A stretch of 64,000 nucleotides of DNA from Chlorokybus atmophyticus (taxonomy: Eukaryota; Plantae; Mesostigma and Chlorokybus algae): positions 1 to 64,000 of the forward strand of contig RHPI01002836.1 in NCBI GenBank assembly GCA_009103225.1, given 5' to 3'. This document shows positions 62,236 to 64,000 of this stretch, piece by piece. The stretch's first letter is position 1. Every line of letters starts with the position of its first letter. Made by a program: the position numbers and the translations under genes. The notes below the pieces were generated by a model. That model worked only from the letters and a program-made list of their open reading frames with translations, did not search any database and was not told the origin of the DNA.

Positions 62236-64000
62236 AGCTCCCCCCCTGCCTGGTCATCGGCGTCCCCGTGATGAGCTTGGCACCTGTGACAGCGCCAATG
62301 CTGGCTGGTAGAGGAAGACGCCGCATTGAGATCGCTAATAATAGGGGCGGCGCCCAGACTACAAGTCTCATGCCAGCATTACCAGCAGGTGTCACATTCC
62401 AACAAAGGTGATAATCTGAGCCACGGCCGGTGCGTATCACATTCCGAGCTCGTGGGTGAGGTTTGCTGAGCCCTTCAATGTATGGCAGACGATACGGGAA
62501 GCAGTTTTGTACATGGTCAACTTCAATTTTATCGGAGGGATATCGACAAGACATGGTGCTTTGTGCGAGTACTTGCATCACCTTGTCTATGGTGCCGTAG
62601 TTGGCCTTGTCCAAGGTGTTGGTGGTTTGCTTCTTGCGGAAGACATAGTCACCGCTATAAAACTTGCGTGTCTGTGTAATGTAGCCCCCGCTACGCACGT
62701 TTTGGTAGCGCCGCTGGTCTCGTAGTTGCGCAGTTTTGAGGTTGGCAAACGCCATGGCACAGAGGCTTTGAGTACGGTGGCGCGAGCTGTCAACACCTCC
62801 ATTATGTGAGTGGGTTTATTGATGAGATCCTCTGTTGCTTGTGTTGCGTGATAGATGTGAAAGGGAAGCAGAGTTTCCCTCCCGAACATGAAGAAATATG
62901 GGTTCAAAGAATGCAAGGTTGTTTGCCTCGTGCAGTACCTGAGTGCGAGCCAAGGCAGGAAGTCGTCCCACTCTTCCTGCCGGTGGGTTACACAATAGCA
63001 ACGGAGAGCTTTCTTGAAAGTCTGCACCATCCTCTCTGCCCGGCCATTGGCCTGCGGACGATCACCGCTGGTGCGGCGGTAGTCAATGGATGAGCGGTTG
63101 AGCAGAGTGTCGAATTCCCCATGATATTCGGTGCCGTTGTCAGTAAGCAGCTCTGCGCGAGCGGCGAATCTCCTGAGGATGTAATCCAGGTATGCCCGCG
63201 TTATAATGGATGCTGTTTTGTTTGGTAGAGGTATCAGCTTTACCCACTTGCTGAAGTGTTCAATGCCAACAAGTCTGTATACATTGCCGCAACGAGTAAT
63301 AAGCAGTTTGCTTGCTAGGTCCATGCTTTAGCGGTAACCAAGCCCCATATTGGACAAGGTATGCAAGTGAGGGTGGGGATGTGAGAAGCTTGCTCGAATG
63401 CGATAGCAGGTCTTGCACTCTTTCCGCAACGTTGCGTGACAATCCGTCCCACCAGCACCATGTTGGCGGTGCGCTTCATGCCATGGTGCCAAAGCTAGTG
63501 ATGCAAGTTGGCAATGAGGGACGCCCGGCGGTTGGGGGGACCTCCTAGCGCTAGCCATCGCTTATGATGCGCTACAGCACGCCGTTGTCTCAAATGTGGT
63601 TCGTGGCGCGGTGCTGCGCGCGGTCAGTTGTTTTGTAACCCAGCACAGCAGGCAGGGCTCCTGTTGTGCTCAGCTGCAAGGTGAGCTCGTATGTCCAAAT
63701 GTCTCCTTCTCCTAAATGGGGTATAGTGGCCTTGAGCCCTGAGTTGCGGGCCTCGGCGCATATGCCGGCTGATTTTTTTTTAACCAATATGGCGTGCTTG
63801 CAGGGCATGTCGCCATTGTATCTGGCTTCAGTGGCATCCACCATGTCGGGGTTGGGATTGCGATTCAAGCCATCAGCATCAATGCTGACGATGCTTGCCT
63901 TGTAAGTAACAGTGTCATATTCTTGCAGCAGCAAAGCCCAACGCACGTGCTCGCAAGTAAGTTTGTTGCTGGTGAGAAGCCATCGCAAGGGCTGATGGTC
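62236..64000 (-). pseudogene. 3' part of another Gypsy (RNase H - IN - PHD - PPT), running off the window
   Basis: LRWLLTSNKL..RWALLLQEYD..DADGL (RH); IEHFSKWVKLIPL, LTDNGTEY, QANGRAERMVQTFKKAL (IN); ECDTCW*CWHETC...WRCHRC (PHD, ~62270-62440); PPT AGGGGGGGAGCT then LTR TGTTGAG at 62235. Confidence 0.9.

Overview
Eukaryotic nuclear DNA, about 50% GC with many spliceosomal introns. It is most likely a green alga or early streptophyte, because it has plastid-targeted FtsZ2 and XPT/GPT genes. Host genes recovered by manual splicing: a plastid phosphate translocator (XPT/GPT clade, 11544-13778 +), FtsZ2 (20485-23239 +), a TVP38/TMEM64-family protein (49926-52341 -), COQ3 (53083-55234 +) and an intronless F-box-like ORF (56326-57150 -). 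Most of the rest is transposable elements. (i) Three decayed pieces of a Ty3/Gypsy lineage: two retain a C5-cytosine methyltransferase, and two retain an integrase followed by a PHD finger. (ii) A complete chromovirus (37292-44250, TSD AGGAT) with a Dam-like domain upstream of its protease. (iii) A spliced pogo-like DDE transposase. (iv) Nested Copia-like LTR insertions. (v) A roughly 12 kb Helitron2/Helentron-type region with RepHel, a GIY-YIG gene, an unknown cargo gene and 179-bp and 247-bp tandem repeats. The most striking item is absent from the ORF track because it is split into four exons: a 288-aa histone H3/CENH3-like gene (25034-26110 +) lying tail-to-tail with the Helitron GIY-YIG gene. 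It starts MARTKQ, has Arg at position 9, lacks the K27 motif, has a loop 1 eleven residues longer than H3, and carries a 130-aa basic-then-acidic C-terminal extension. All protein assignments come from motif recognition by eye; no database searches were run.
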